A stretch of DNA of 64,000 nucleotides from Candidatus Poribacteria bacterium. GTDB taxonomy: Bacteria > Poribacteria > WGA-4E > WGA-3G. A program made the translations under genes and the position numbers. Numbering within the stretch: the stretch's first letter is position 1; each line of letters starts with the position of its first letter. Below the pieces are notes generated by a model. The model had not been told where the DNA came from. It saw nothing but the letters and a program-made list of their open reading frames with translations, and did no database searches. This document shows, piece after piece, positions 52,046-61,102 of this stretch. The stretch is taken from contig CBDBFU010000025.1 of assembly GCA_965205025.1 (NCBI GenBank), positions 1 to 64,000 on the forward strand, read 5' to 3'.

Positions 52046-53146
52046 CTATAGTTTCCCTAATTCTGTCAGGATCTGTGCGGTAGGTACACGATGGTTTGTT
52101 GTTCCAAGAGTTGTCCAAGCAACAGTTCCATCTAATTTAATGACAAAGCCAGATGGACGTGCGATCCTTTTATTGTTTGGATCAATTACATTATATGCAC
52201 CAATCGTTTCTCTTTCAGAATCAGAAAGAACTGGAAACTTTAACTTTCTATTTTCAACAGAATTTTTCGTGGCTGCTTGATTATCAGAACTAATAGCGAT
52301 TAATTCTGCGCCTTCAGCTTTAATTTTGTCATAGTTTTGCTGCAACTCAACGAGTTGGTCTAAGCAGAATGGTCACCACCCACCTCTATAAAATATGACA
52401 ACGACTTTCTTACTTCCGATAAGATCTTGAAGAGCCAACAAATCACCGTCACCATTGGGAAGTTCAAAAACGGGTGCTTCACTTCCAATGCTCAAACCTT
52501 GACCTGGATCTAATTCCTCAATTACAGGAATTGCTGTGAGGGCTACATCCAATCCATAGGTTTCATTTGCTGCTATAGGATCAATATTAACTATTCCGTC
52601 ATTATATCCTTCAAGTGAGACCATTATTGTAAATGCTTGATCAACAGGGAGATTCTCAATTATAAATGTACCATCAGCTGTGGTTAAAGTTTCATGCTTT
52701 TCACCAGACTTATCTGTTAATTGGACAAGTACACCTGATAATTTATCTCCGGTTTCGGCATCTGTTAGCATACCTTTTATGTGTGATACAGGAACGGCTG
52801 ATTTTACGAGTGAAATTCTATCTAAAGATTTTGTTTCCCCTGCAGTAACAGATGCATTTAATTCTGTCGATTCATATCCTTGTGCAGACACTTGAACGGT
52901 ATAACTACCTGCTTCAAGTTCTTTAAACTCATAACTACCATCTGCTTCAACTTGTGCAACAAGGATTCCATCCTTTAACAGTCTTACTTGAACTGTAACA
53001 CCATCAATAGAATCCACTTCCCCCATGAGTGTACTCGGTTCAATTTCGACTTCTGGTGTGGGGTCGACTGGATCTTCAGTAGATCCACAACCAAATAAGA
53101 CCAATATCAAGATTGGTAATATGAGAAACAAATGTAAATGTTTCAT
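52046..53146 (-). CDS. Selenoprotein: lipoprotein with two carboxypeptidase-regulatory-like domains plus AhpC/TSA peroxiredoxin-like domain (UPFC motif), 366 aa
   Basis: ORFs 52373-53146 and 52046-52345 are in frame. Reading through TGA 52373-52375 gives VVVIFYRGGW-U-PFC-LDQLVELQQNY (canonical FYRGxWCPxC). LFGC lipobox. Confidence 0.92.
52343..52357 (-). promoter_or_regulatory. Putative bacterial SECIS apical hairpin
   Basis: Identical CAACUC-GUU-GAGUUG at the same 21-nt spacing; possible lower stem UGCU/AGCA. Confidence 0.7.
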
Positions 53147-53187
53147 GATTTTGTTCCTTTAAATCAATAATTCTTCATTAAATATAT

Positions 53188-53455
53188 CCCAAGTTGCTAC
53201 TAACTGATTTTGATCGTTTCAACACAGTTTTTCAGACTCTTTCCTCACCCCAGATGAAGTTAAAGAATTTATTCGGGTAATTTCCAGTTTCTTGTAGAAT
53301 CCTGTGCGGTTAGGAAACCGCACCTACCAGCTCTGGGTCCAAATTACCTATTTTATTTTTTTTAACTTCATGAGGGGTGATATGTCTATAGAAAGGTATA
53401 TCAACGCCCTGCACTCCAGCGGAGTGCTATATAAGTAAATAGGTGGCAACTTGGG
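53188..53455. mobile_element. MITE-like element with CCCAAGTTGCYAC TIRs and a possible 8-9 bp target duplication
   Basis: Left CCCAAGTTGCTAC; reverse complement of right CCCAAGTTGCCAC. TTAAATATA on both flanks. Contains a nested MITE and a GCACTCCAGCGGAGTGC hairpin. Confidence 0.72.
53254..53371. mobile_element. Hairpin-loop-inserted MITE (ATGAAG family), copy 5 (divergent)
   Basis: ATGAAGTTAAA...GGTAATTT / AAATTACC...TTTAACTTCAT. Flanks rejoin as TCACCCC-AG|GA-GGGGTGA. Confidence 0.85.
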
Positions 53456-53490
53456 TTAAATATAATTAATATGCTTCTGGATCATTATAT

Positions 53491-54279
53491 TTAATAGATA
53501 GATTTACTTTTTAAACTACCCCATGAGGTTGCAAGCTTACCTGCTGCCTCAACGGATGTAATTGTAGCTAATCCATCGTTCATAATGGCGTCTAAATCTG
53601 CTTCATCCAATGCAACATCATAGAGCACAACTTCATCAATAATTCCAGTGGTATATCGATCAAAATGTCGACCTATATGGAATACACCTTCACTATTACC
53701 ATATCCACTATCGGTAGCATAATCAAGTTCTGCTTCCATTTTGCCATCAACCCATAGACTTGCTTTACCAGTATCAGCATTCGCAACACCAGCAATAAAA
53801 CGCCATGTATCATCGGCAATATCAGTTGTACTTTGTGGTCTATAGCTTGTCCCTGCACTATTTCGTAGGAAGAAGGTTATCTTCTTGTCTCCACCACCAT
53901 TCCAGAACATATACCATGGAAGTGCTTGAGATTTGTCTTCATAGTTCTTACCTGCGAGTGAACCTCCGACACTTGTACCTTTGTAATATACTGTAAGAGA
54001 AAAGGATGTACCTGCTTCAAATCCTATGGCATCTGCATGTGGAACTTCGACCCAATTCCCTGCACCATCAAATTGTAGTGCTTTTCCAAATTTTCCGTCT
54101 ACCCATTGTGCTCCGTGAATTGTACCATCGTTTTCATTTTGAGATGAATCGGTTGCAACCTCTCCACTGCCTTCATCAAACAACCACATTCCTCTGATAT
54201 TATCATAACCGAATTCTGCATAACTTGAAAGTTGTAGAATAGCAAATAACCCGATGATTGCTATAACTAACCCCAACAC
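53491..54279 (-). CDS. Secreted LamG/ConA-like domain protein
   Basis: WLFDEGSG...DSS; WVDGKFGKALQFDG; GIIDEV; C-terminal GKLATSWGSLK. Start codon uncertain. Confidence 0.88.
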   Translation of the reverse strand: MLGLVIAIIGLFAILQLSSYAEFGYDNIRGMWLFDEGSGEVATDSSQNENDGTIHGAQWVDGKFGKALQFDGAGNWVEVPHADAIGFEAGTSFSLTVYYKGTSVGGSLAGKNYEDKSQALPWYMFWNGGGDKKITFFLRNSAGTSYRPQSTTDIADDTWRFIAGVANADTGKASLWVDGKMEAELDYATDSGYGNSEGVFHIGRHFDRYTTGIIDEVVLYDVALDEADLDAIMNDGLATITSVEAAGKLATSWGSLKSKSIY

Positions 54280-54306
54280 CTATATATAATCTCATTAAAA
54301 TCCCCT

Positions 54307-55101
54307 TTATTGAATCTTGACTTTTATTCTACCCCATGTGGTAGTTAATTTTTGTTTTGCGTCAACTGAAGCAGCCTCTTCAAGTCCGTTATCCATGATT
54401 GTATTCATAGCGTCTTCATCTAAAGCAGTATTGAAGAGTCCTACTTCATCAATAATCCCTGATGTATACCTATTGTAATGGCGTCCAAAATGTAATACAC
54501 TTTCAGTTGTCCCGTAGCCATCATTCTTATCGAAATCTACTTCTGCTTCTTGGTTGCCATCTATCCAGATACTGATTTTCCCGGCTTTTGCGTCTGCTCT
54601 TCCAACTACGAAGTGCCACTTATCGTCACCTATCTGACTTGTGCTATCTGCACGAAAACTCTGACTTGCGGAATTTCGTAGATATAGTGTTACTTTGTTA
54701 TCTGCACCACCATTCCATAGCAAAAACCATGGTAATACTTGTGATGTGTCTTCATAACCTTTACCAACAAGCGCCCCTCCAACTTTTGATCCCTTAAAAT
54801 ATACTGTAATTGTGAAGGAGATACCTTTCTTAAATCCGACTGTATCTGAATGATCAACTGAAACCCATCCATCTGTACCATTATATTCCAAGGCTTTGCC
54901 AAACTTTCCATCTACCCATTTGACACCACCCTCAATTTTTCCATCATTCCCGTTTGTCGAAGAATCTTTGACTGTATTTCCAGTGCCTTCATTAAAAAGC
55001 CACATACCCATGATGGTATCAGGTTCTATGGCTGCGTTCGTAGCGGTAATAAGAAGAAAACATAAACCTACTACTAATATACTTATTCGCATTATATTCA
55101 T
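54307..55101 (-). CDS. Secreted LamG/ConA-like domain protein (tandem paralog)
   Basis: WLFNEGTG; WVDGKFGKAL; GIIDEV; KLTTTWGRIK. Confidence 0.9.
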   Translation of the reverse strand: MNIMRISILVVGLCFLLITATNAAIEPDTIMGMWLFNEGTGNTVKDSSTNGNDGKIEGGVKWVDGKFGKALEYNGTDGWVSVDHSDTVGFKKGISFTITVYFKGSKVGGALVGKGYEDTSQVLPWFLLWNGGADNKVTLYLRNSASQSFRADSTSQIGDDKWHFVVGRADAKAGKISIWIDGNQEAEVDFDKNDGYGTTESVLHFGRHYNRYTSGIIDEVGLFNTALDEDAMNTIMDNGLEEAASVDAKQKLTTTWGRIKVKIQ

Positions 55102-55229
55102 AATTCTCTCACTTTTTATAAGATAATAAAGTTGTTTGAATTCGATTATTCGACCAATTAACAGTATATAATTACCTAAGAAATTATATCACATATACCC
55201 TTATCGGTCAAGGTTTTAAGCCATTAGAC

Positions 55230-55467
55230 CAGCATTATTTAGCTTTCGTGTTTTCTGCTATATTTTTCACATTTCTATATAAACTGCCTGTAGGTTAGGT
55301 TTCGTTCCTCAATTATGGGGTTGAGGAACGAAACCTATAAGTGTAAACTTAAGGACTGAAACCCGACATCTTTCGTTCCTGTTGGGTTTCGCAAACTCAA
55401 TACAACCTGCAAGATAAACCCTAAGTAACACACATCAACGAAAGATTCTTAAAACTAAATAACCCTG
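55230..55467. mobile_element. MITE-like element (CAGGGTTATTTAGTTTTA family) with long internal hairpins
   Basis: Left CAGCATTATTTAGCTTT; right AAAACTAAATAACCCTG. Internal TAGGTTTCGTTCCTCAA...TTGAGGAACGAAACCTA inverted repeat. Confidence 0.65.
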
Positions 55468-55585
55468 GGTCTGTGATGAATCAATCATCACAGACTATTT
55501 TAGTTATATGTATAAGATAGAGTATTACACAAATTTCATTGGAATACCTTATATAGAAAACAGGAAATATGATCGATTTCTGAAA

Positions 55586-56789
55586 TTAGTCAATTTCACG
55601 AATATCTAAATTTCTCTCCTCTAATGTTCTTCTACGTCGCGGTAGGTCTCCAAATAAAGGTCTGAAATACCCCGCTCCTTCAGGAGACAAGTGGTATCGC
55701 TCAGAATCGTAAAAGCGAGGATCAAGACTCCTTCTGATAACATGACCAGACTCATCACGTTTTAATACCTGATCTAATGGTAACATTATCGGTTCAATAC
55801 CTACATCAGTTCTGGTGATAGTAGCAACTCCATTTACCATTCCATCAGAAAGAGACCGTACTGCTAACGCCCCTGCTTTTATGGCGGTATCTCTATCAAG
55901 TGGTATTGGACTACCACATCTTTGTAAATATCCAAGAATTAATGCTCTAAATAAAGAACTGTTAATTTCAGGTAATCGTTTTTTCATTGCTTCAACAATA
56001 ATCTCTGAACATCCACCTGGTTTTGTATGGCCAAAGGCATCAAGTTCTGCCTGTGATGAAATCATTAATTCTCCTACATCATTTCGTATACCTTCTGAAA
56101 CAACGACGATTACATTCCCTTGTTCTGTGTGCTTCTCACGGATTGCCTCAGCTAATTTTATCAGGTTGATATGGTACTTCAGGAACAACAATTAGATCTG
56201 CCAACCCGTATGCTGCTGATAATGTCAACCATCCTGCATCCCTTCCCATTGCCTCAACAACAATCACACGGTCATGAGAGTATGTTGTTGTTCTTAGGTC
56301 ACGTACCGCATCTATCACACGACTGGCTGCAGATGGAAATCCAGGACAAAAATAATTTACCATCTTCGAATAATCTACCGAATCTCCTTCAGGAGGATTT
56401 ATACCCACATCATTATCAATAGTTTTTGTCACAAAAACTGTGGTAAACTGTTCAGACAATGCTGTACCAACAGTTAACGTATCATCTCCCCCTATTGGAA
56501 TAAGCCCACTGATATTTAGCCTCTTAAGATTATCAATTGCCTCACCTAATTTATCCGATGCAATTAGGTTCGTTCGGGAACTCTTTAAAATCGTACCTCC
56601 ATGATTCTCATCAATAAGATCAGGTGTAAGAGTAAAGTATTTACCACCCTTTAAAACTCCTCTCCAACCCTCCATAAATCCTATAAGCTCAAAACCGAGT
56701 TCCTCGGATTTTAGGGCAATACCTTTAAGGGTGGCATTGAGAGCACTTGTATCACCACCTCCTGTTAAAACACCTATCTTTTTTCGCAT
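55586..56789 (-). CDS. pfkA: 6-phosphofructokinase (PfkA family), split by one frameshift
   Basis: GVLTGGGD; GGDDT; KTIDND; EAMGRDAGW; VSEG; LGYLQR. Removing one base of the run at 56156-56159 gives PEVPYQPDKLAEAIREKH. Confidence 0.85.
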
Positions 56790-56889
56790 ATAAACTCCTA
56801 ACTAAGAATAGAAATTTGAGGTTAATTTTATTCATCATATATTTGTAAACATAAAATATATTTTAAATTCAAGAATATAATCACTTTTT

Positions 56890-58461
56890 CTACATAGCTA
56901 CATCAACTACTGTCGGTTTTCCAAGTGAGAGTGCTTTTTCAACTGTCGGTCTAAAGTCATCAATATTGTTAACCCGTAGTCCAACTGCTCCAAAAGATTC
57001 AGCAAACTGAACAAAATCAGGGTTAACTAACTCTACACCAATCCTCTTGCCAAATCGACGTAACTGGCCTCTTTCAATCGAGGTATATTGACTATCATTC
57101 ATAATAATTGTAACTACGGGCAGGTCATACATAACTGCTGTAGCCAGATCGGGACTTGTCATTAAAAAGCCACCATCACCACTGAGAGCAACAACCTTCC
57201 TTTGTGGGTAAGCAACCTGCGCACCAATCGCTCCGGTCAGTCCAATCCCCATTGCCACTGATATCCCTGAAAATATATAACTTCCTGGATAATATGTTGG
57301 AAAATGTGTTAATGCACCATATCCAGTTATATTTACATCAACAGAAAGTATGGCATCACGAGGCATTAAATCTCGAAGTTCTCTAAGTATTCTCGGTGGT
57401 TCACTTGACGTAAATTCTCGATTTAATTCTACCAATCTTTCTTCCCATTTAGAATAGAGTTTCTCTTCTTTGAGTATACTATTTAATTGTTTGAGTACTA
57501 ATTTGGGATTAGCACCAATTCCAACTGTGGCGGGGTATTCCTTGTTTATCTCCTCTACATCAGCTTCAATGTGAATTAAGGGTTTAGATAATTTTAATGA
57601 CCAATTCGCAGTATCACGATACGTAAATCTTGTTCCAATTGCAATTATTAGATCTGATTCCTTTAAAGCGGTTTGTGAATAACTATCTCTAAACATACCA
57701 ATACAATAAGGAGAATCTTCGGGAACAGATCCTTTTCCCATCCCAGTCATAGATAGTGGGGAATCTAAATAGGAAGCAAACTCCAATAATTCATCGGAGG
57801 ACCGTGTATGGTTTATACCACTACCAGATATAATTAAAGGTCTTTCAGCATCGTGAATTAGCTGAATGGCAGAATCAATATCCTCTGGTAGTGCCATGGT
57901 TTGGATTCCATTAATTCTTCTTGGAACTTGTTGCTCTGTTTCCGCTTGTAATGCATCCGTAGCAAGTTCAATTAGTACTGGACCCGGACGACCTGAACGT
58001 AAAACACCGAAAGCTCGATTTACTGCATTTGGTATCTGATGAACATGATGAACTATTTCGATATGTTTTGTCATGGATTCAAAAGCAGATTCTTGATCTA
58101 ATCCATGAAAACTTTTCCTTGGATCTTTATGGGCAAGATAAGATGCATTTTGACCAGTAATCCAAAGAACAGGTGAGGATGCAGTAAATGCTTCGCATAT
58201 TCCAATTGATGCATTATTTGAGCCAGGTCCTGGAACAGTCATACAAACACCAACTTCACCAGTTGCTCTCGCATAACCATCCGCCATGAAAGCCGCACCA
58301 CCTTCATGACGAGTTACATAATGCTTAATATCATCTTGGTTATAGTATAGTGCCTCGTATACAGTATCAAGATGATTTCCAGGTAAACCGAATATCACAT
58401 CAACACCTTGGGTTTTAAGGCACTCTACAAAAAGGTTCCCACCAGTTATAAATTTCATCAA
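56890..58461 (-). CDS. Thiamine-diphosphate-dependent enzyme (acetolactate synthase-like)
   Basis: FGLPG; RHEGGAAFMADGYAR; GPG; GRPGPV; GDGGF...MND. Confidence 0.9.
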   Translation of the reverse strand: MMKFITGGNLFVECLKTQGVDVIFGLPGNHLDTVYEALYYNQDDIKHYVTRHEGGAAFMADGYARATGEVGVCMTVPGPGSNNASIGICEAFTASSPVLWITGQNASYLAHKDPRKSFHGLDQESAFESMTKHIEIVHHVHQIPNAVNRAFGVLRSGRPGPVLIELATDALQAETEQQVPRRINGIQTMALPEDIDSAIQLIHDAERPLIISGSGINHTRSSDELLEFASYLDSPLSMTGMGKGSVPEDSPYCIGMFRDSYSQTALKESDLIIAIGTRFTYRDTANWSLKLSKPLIHIEADVEEINKEYPATVGIGANPKLVLKQLNSILKEEKLYSKWEERLVELNREFTSSEPPRILRELRDLMPRDAILSVDVNITGYGALTHFPTYYPGSYIFSGISVAMGIGLTGAIGAQVAYPQRKVVALSGDGGFLMTSPDLATAVMYDLPVVTIIMNDSQYTSIERGQLRRFGKRIGVELVNPDFVQFAESFGAVGLRVNNIDDFRPTVEKALSLGKPTVVDVAM

Positions 58462-58585
58462 ATTTTTATTTTTCTATTAGTATGATTAGCAGAATTTTAG
58501 ACTATTATAGATCAAATATATCATTGAATATATCCTATAAGAATACTCAATTCCATCACTTCTGTCAAGTATTCAATCAATGTTA

Positions 58586-58739
58586 CAGGGTTATTTAGTT
58601 TTAAGAATTCTCAGTTCCTGAGTGTTACTGAAAGTTTGTTTCGTAGGTTGGGTTGAACCGCAGGTGAAACCCAACATTTCTTGTATGTCCAATGCTATTT
58701 CTATTTTCACACTTTTTCTATAAGACCTAAAATAATTTG
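58586..58739. mobile_element. MITE-like element (CAGGGTTATTTAGTTTTA family) with GTAG-REP
   Basis: The first ~60 nt match the reverse complement of 55410-55467. Internal GTAGGTTGGGTT...AACCCAAC hairpin. Right end is degenerate. Confidence 0.6.
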
Positions 58740-58911
58740 AAGAATACATAAACTTCTAACATCTAACATACATATTCACAATAATATAAAATAAATTATA
58801 AATATTTGTCAAAATCAATATAAAATGGTGCGATACTATATCGTTCAATAATTGTAAACTAAAACTAACACATGACACGAAAGCTACAAGATTTCGTAGC
58901 TCTTATCAGAA

Positions 58912-58985
58912 TTCATACTTCAATAGAATACCAATCTGATAATTAAAGTTCATACTTCAATAGAATACCAATCTGATAATTAAAG
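58912..58985. repeat. Perfect 37-bp tandem duplication
   Basis: TTCATACTTCAATAGAATACCAATCTGATAATTAAAG twice, with no spacer. Confidence 0.9.
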
Positions 58986-59406
58986 TTAAATTCATCATCT
59001 GAAAATAGGATAATCCATGTTTGATTTACAACTAATGATACCAATTCTAATAAATAAAATGTCATTACACAAATTTTATGGAATTGAATATGATTGGAAA
59101 CTATCTTCTGTAGGAGCGATCTCCTGGTCGCGACTTGGAGATTTGCCCTACAGAATCTCCACAATCAATACAACAGTATTTTTTAGATATGGTATAATAT
59201 CAAAAATGTCAACTTTTGTAGTTGATTTCCAAATCATGATTTCCGTAGTCTAAATAAACAGATAAAGAGGATAATCAAATCGATTTACACACCATATTTT
59301 TTTAGTTTTTCAAATTTTAAAATTTTACACCGATTAATCAAATCCTTTGTTATCCCAACCCTCAACAGGGTTTTTGGCTCATCAAAATGTCATTTCTTAA
59401 AAAGCG

Positions 59407-59451
59407 ACTTGAAAAACTTGAAAAACTTGAAGAGTTTGAAAAACTTGAAAA
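59407..59451. repeat. 9-bp tandem repeat (ACTTGAAAA), about 5 units
   Basis: ACTTGAAAA ACTTGAAAA ACTTGAAGA GTTTGAAAA ACTTGAAAA. Confidence 0.8.
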
Positions 59452-60325
59452 TAGACCGACTTCAAACAAAACAGACTATCATACACATCAGAAAACAACA
59501 AAGTGTTGCTAAGAATAGGGTGTGTAAAGTTATTGTCACCATAGGTGTTAATTTACTCATTAGACTCTTCTGTAGGAGAGAACCCCGATTCCCGATTCTT
59601 CTCTTCCCCTTCGTAGAAGCGGGGTTTCCCTGTCCGTTGGTTCAATATATAGCAAATGATGAATTCAAAGAATTCTACAAACAAACGATTTATAAGAGAT
59701 GTTCTAATATCTTATCAAAATGGATGGTAAAAAATTTAACATAAAATATCCAAATCAATGGCTTATAAGGAAAGTAAAAGACACAAAAGTTATCATTCTT
59801 GCAAATTCTTGTAACTTTAAAAAAGTGGCTGTAAACCCAATGTAGTACTGACGGGACAGAGGTTTTACCAACGTTACACCATGTAACAAAAAGTGTAACT
59901 TTTAAAACATTGTAATACTAATAATATAACTAATGTGAATAATCTGATGATAACCAAAATGCATTTACACCTACTTAAGTTATATAATAATTAACATATG
60001 TGATTCACGGAGAATTGATGCTTTTAAATTATAAACCCTTACAGGATAAGGGTTCGTAAAATTGCTCCGTGAAGGTTTCCGTGAAAGTACAATCATCTCA
60101 AACCACAAAATATTAACACTTTTTCCATTCACATTATCCATACATCTAACATAATTAGGTATTTTATCTACTTTGAAAGTATAAGGAGCGTTTGGAGTAT
60201 CCAGATACAATAGCAGCGTAATGTTTAGGGACAAAAACTTTACGCAATCTCGGTATGTTGTCAGTATTGTCATATCATGATATACTTCTATATATTCTGA
60301 TAATGATTATAGGAGAATATTACTA

Positions 60326-61102
60326 ATGTTGAATATAAAGACATATACTATGATGTCATGTATTTTGATATGCATAGGAACGATTGTTTGTTATGGTGAT
60401 GGTGGGTATGAATATATACCTGATGAGAATACTCTGGGTTTATGGCATTTCAATGATGGAAAGGTTACAGATGAATCTGATAATGGAGTGAAGGCTGACA
60501 TTGAAGGGAAAGGGGCATGGGATAATAATCAGGATTGGAATAAGGAAAAAGTAGCAGGGAAATCCTTCAATTTTGATGGGAATACAGCAATTTCCCTTGG
60601 TAAAGCTGATGAGTTGATCCCCGATATTGCTATCACAGTTGAAGCATGGGTATATCCTGAAGATTTAACAGGTTGGCGACTTATATGTGCAAATTGGGAC
60701 GGTCCTCCGGGTGCTTTTCACTTAGGTGTTTCAAATGGAGGAGCAAAATTTCACATAAATACCAGCAAAGGGACTTCTTCTGCGGAAGCGGGTGGTGCAC
60801 TTGAGCTTGAAAAGTGGCAACACATCGCTGGAACATTCGATTCCAAGACAATAAAACTCTATATAGATGGAAAAGAAGCTGCATCTACAAATCATAGTGG
60901 AAAATTACAAAAAGGGGATTACGATGTCGTAATAGGGAGTAAGAATACACGGCAATTTAAATGGAAAGGTTTGATTGATGAAGTTCGAATCAGTGATATT
61001 GCTCGTGATTCCGATGTACTTAGTCCTAACCTTAAAGGCCCCCAATCTGTTAAGTTTACAAAATCAACTTTACCTATTGTATGGGGTAGCCTAAAGCAAT
61101 GA
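60326..61102 (+). CDS. Secreted LamG/ConA-like domain protein
   Basis: LGLWHFND; ITVEAWVYP; WQHIAGTFD...LYIDG; GLIDEVRIS; tail LPIVWGSLK. Confidence 0.9.
   Translation: MLNIKTYTMMSCILICIGTIVCYGDGGYEYIPDENTLGLWHFNDGKVTDESDNGVKADIEGKGAWDNNQDWNKEKVAGKSFNFDGNTAISLGKADELIPDIAITVEAWVYPEDLTGWRLICANWDGPPGAFHLGVSNGGAKFHINTSKGTSSAEAGGALELEKWQHIAGTFDSKTIKLYIDGKEAASTNHSGKLQKGDYDVVIGSKNTRQFKWKGLIDEVRISDIARDSDVLSPNLKGPQSVKFTKSTLPIVWGSLKQ

Noticed and set aside
50978-53146. Four separate genes, nonsense pseudogenes, or genetic code 4/25
   Set aside because: Both TGAs sit at the catalytic Cys position with a conserved downstream hairpin. TGA is a normal stop elsewhere in the window (e.g. 39274, 41275, 61102).
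56148-56191. Programmed ribosomal frameshift in pfkA
   Set aside because: A single extra base in a short run matches the error pattern seen at 47.5-49 kb, and no stimulatory structure is evident.
55230-58739. Composite transposon carrying pfkA and the ThDP gene between two related MITEs
   Set aside because: No flanking target duplication is evident, the cargo is housekeeping-like, and this MITE family also occurs elsewhere (9181). Chance flanking is enough to explain it.
58912-58985. 37-bp repeat as a CRISPR array
   Set aside because: Only two abutting units, with no spacer and no cas genes.
58943-60273. Short ORFs 58943-59164, 59017-59253, 59409-59744 and 59980-60273
   Set aside because: They overlap tandem repeats and REP hairpins (the KNLKNLK stretch comes from the 9-bp repeat) and have no recognisable domain.
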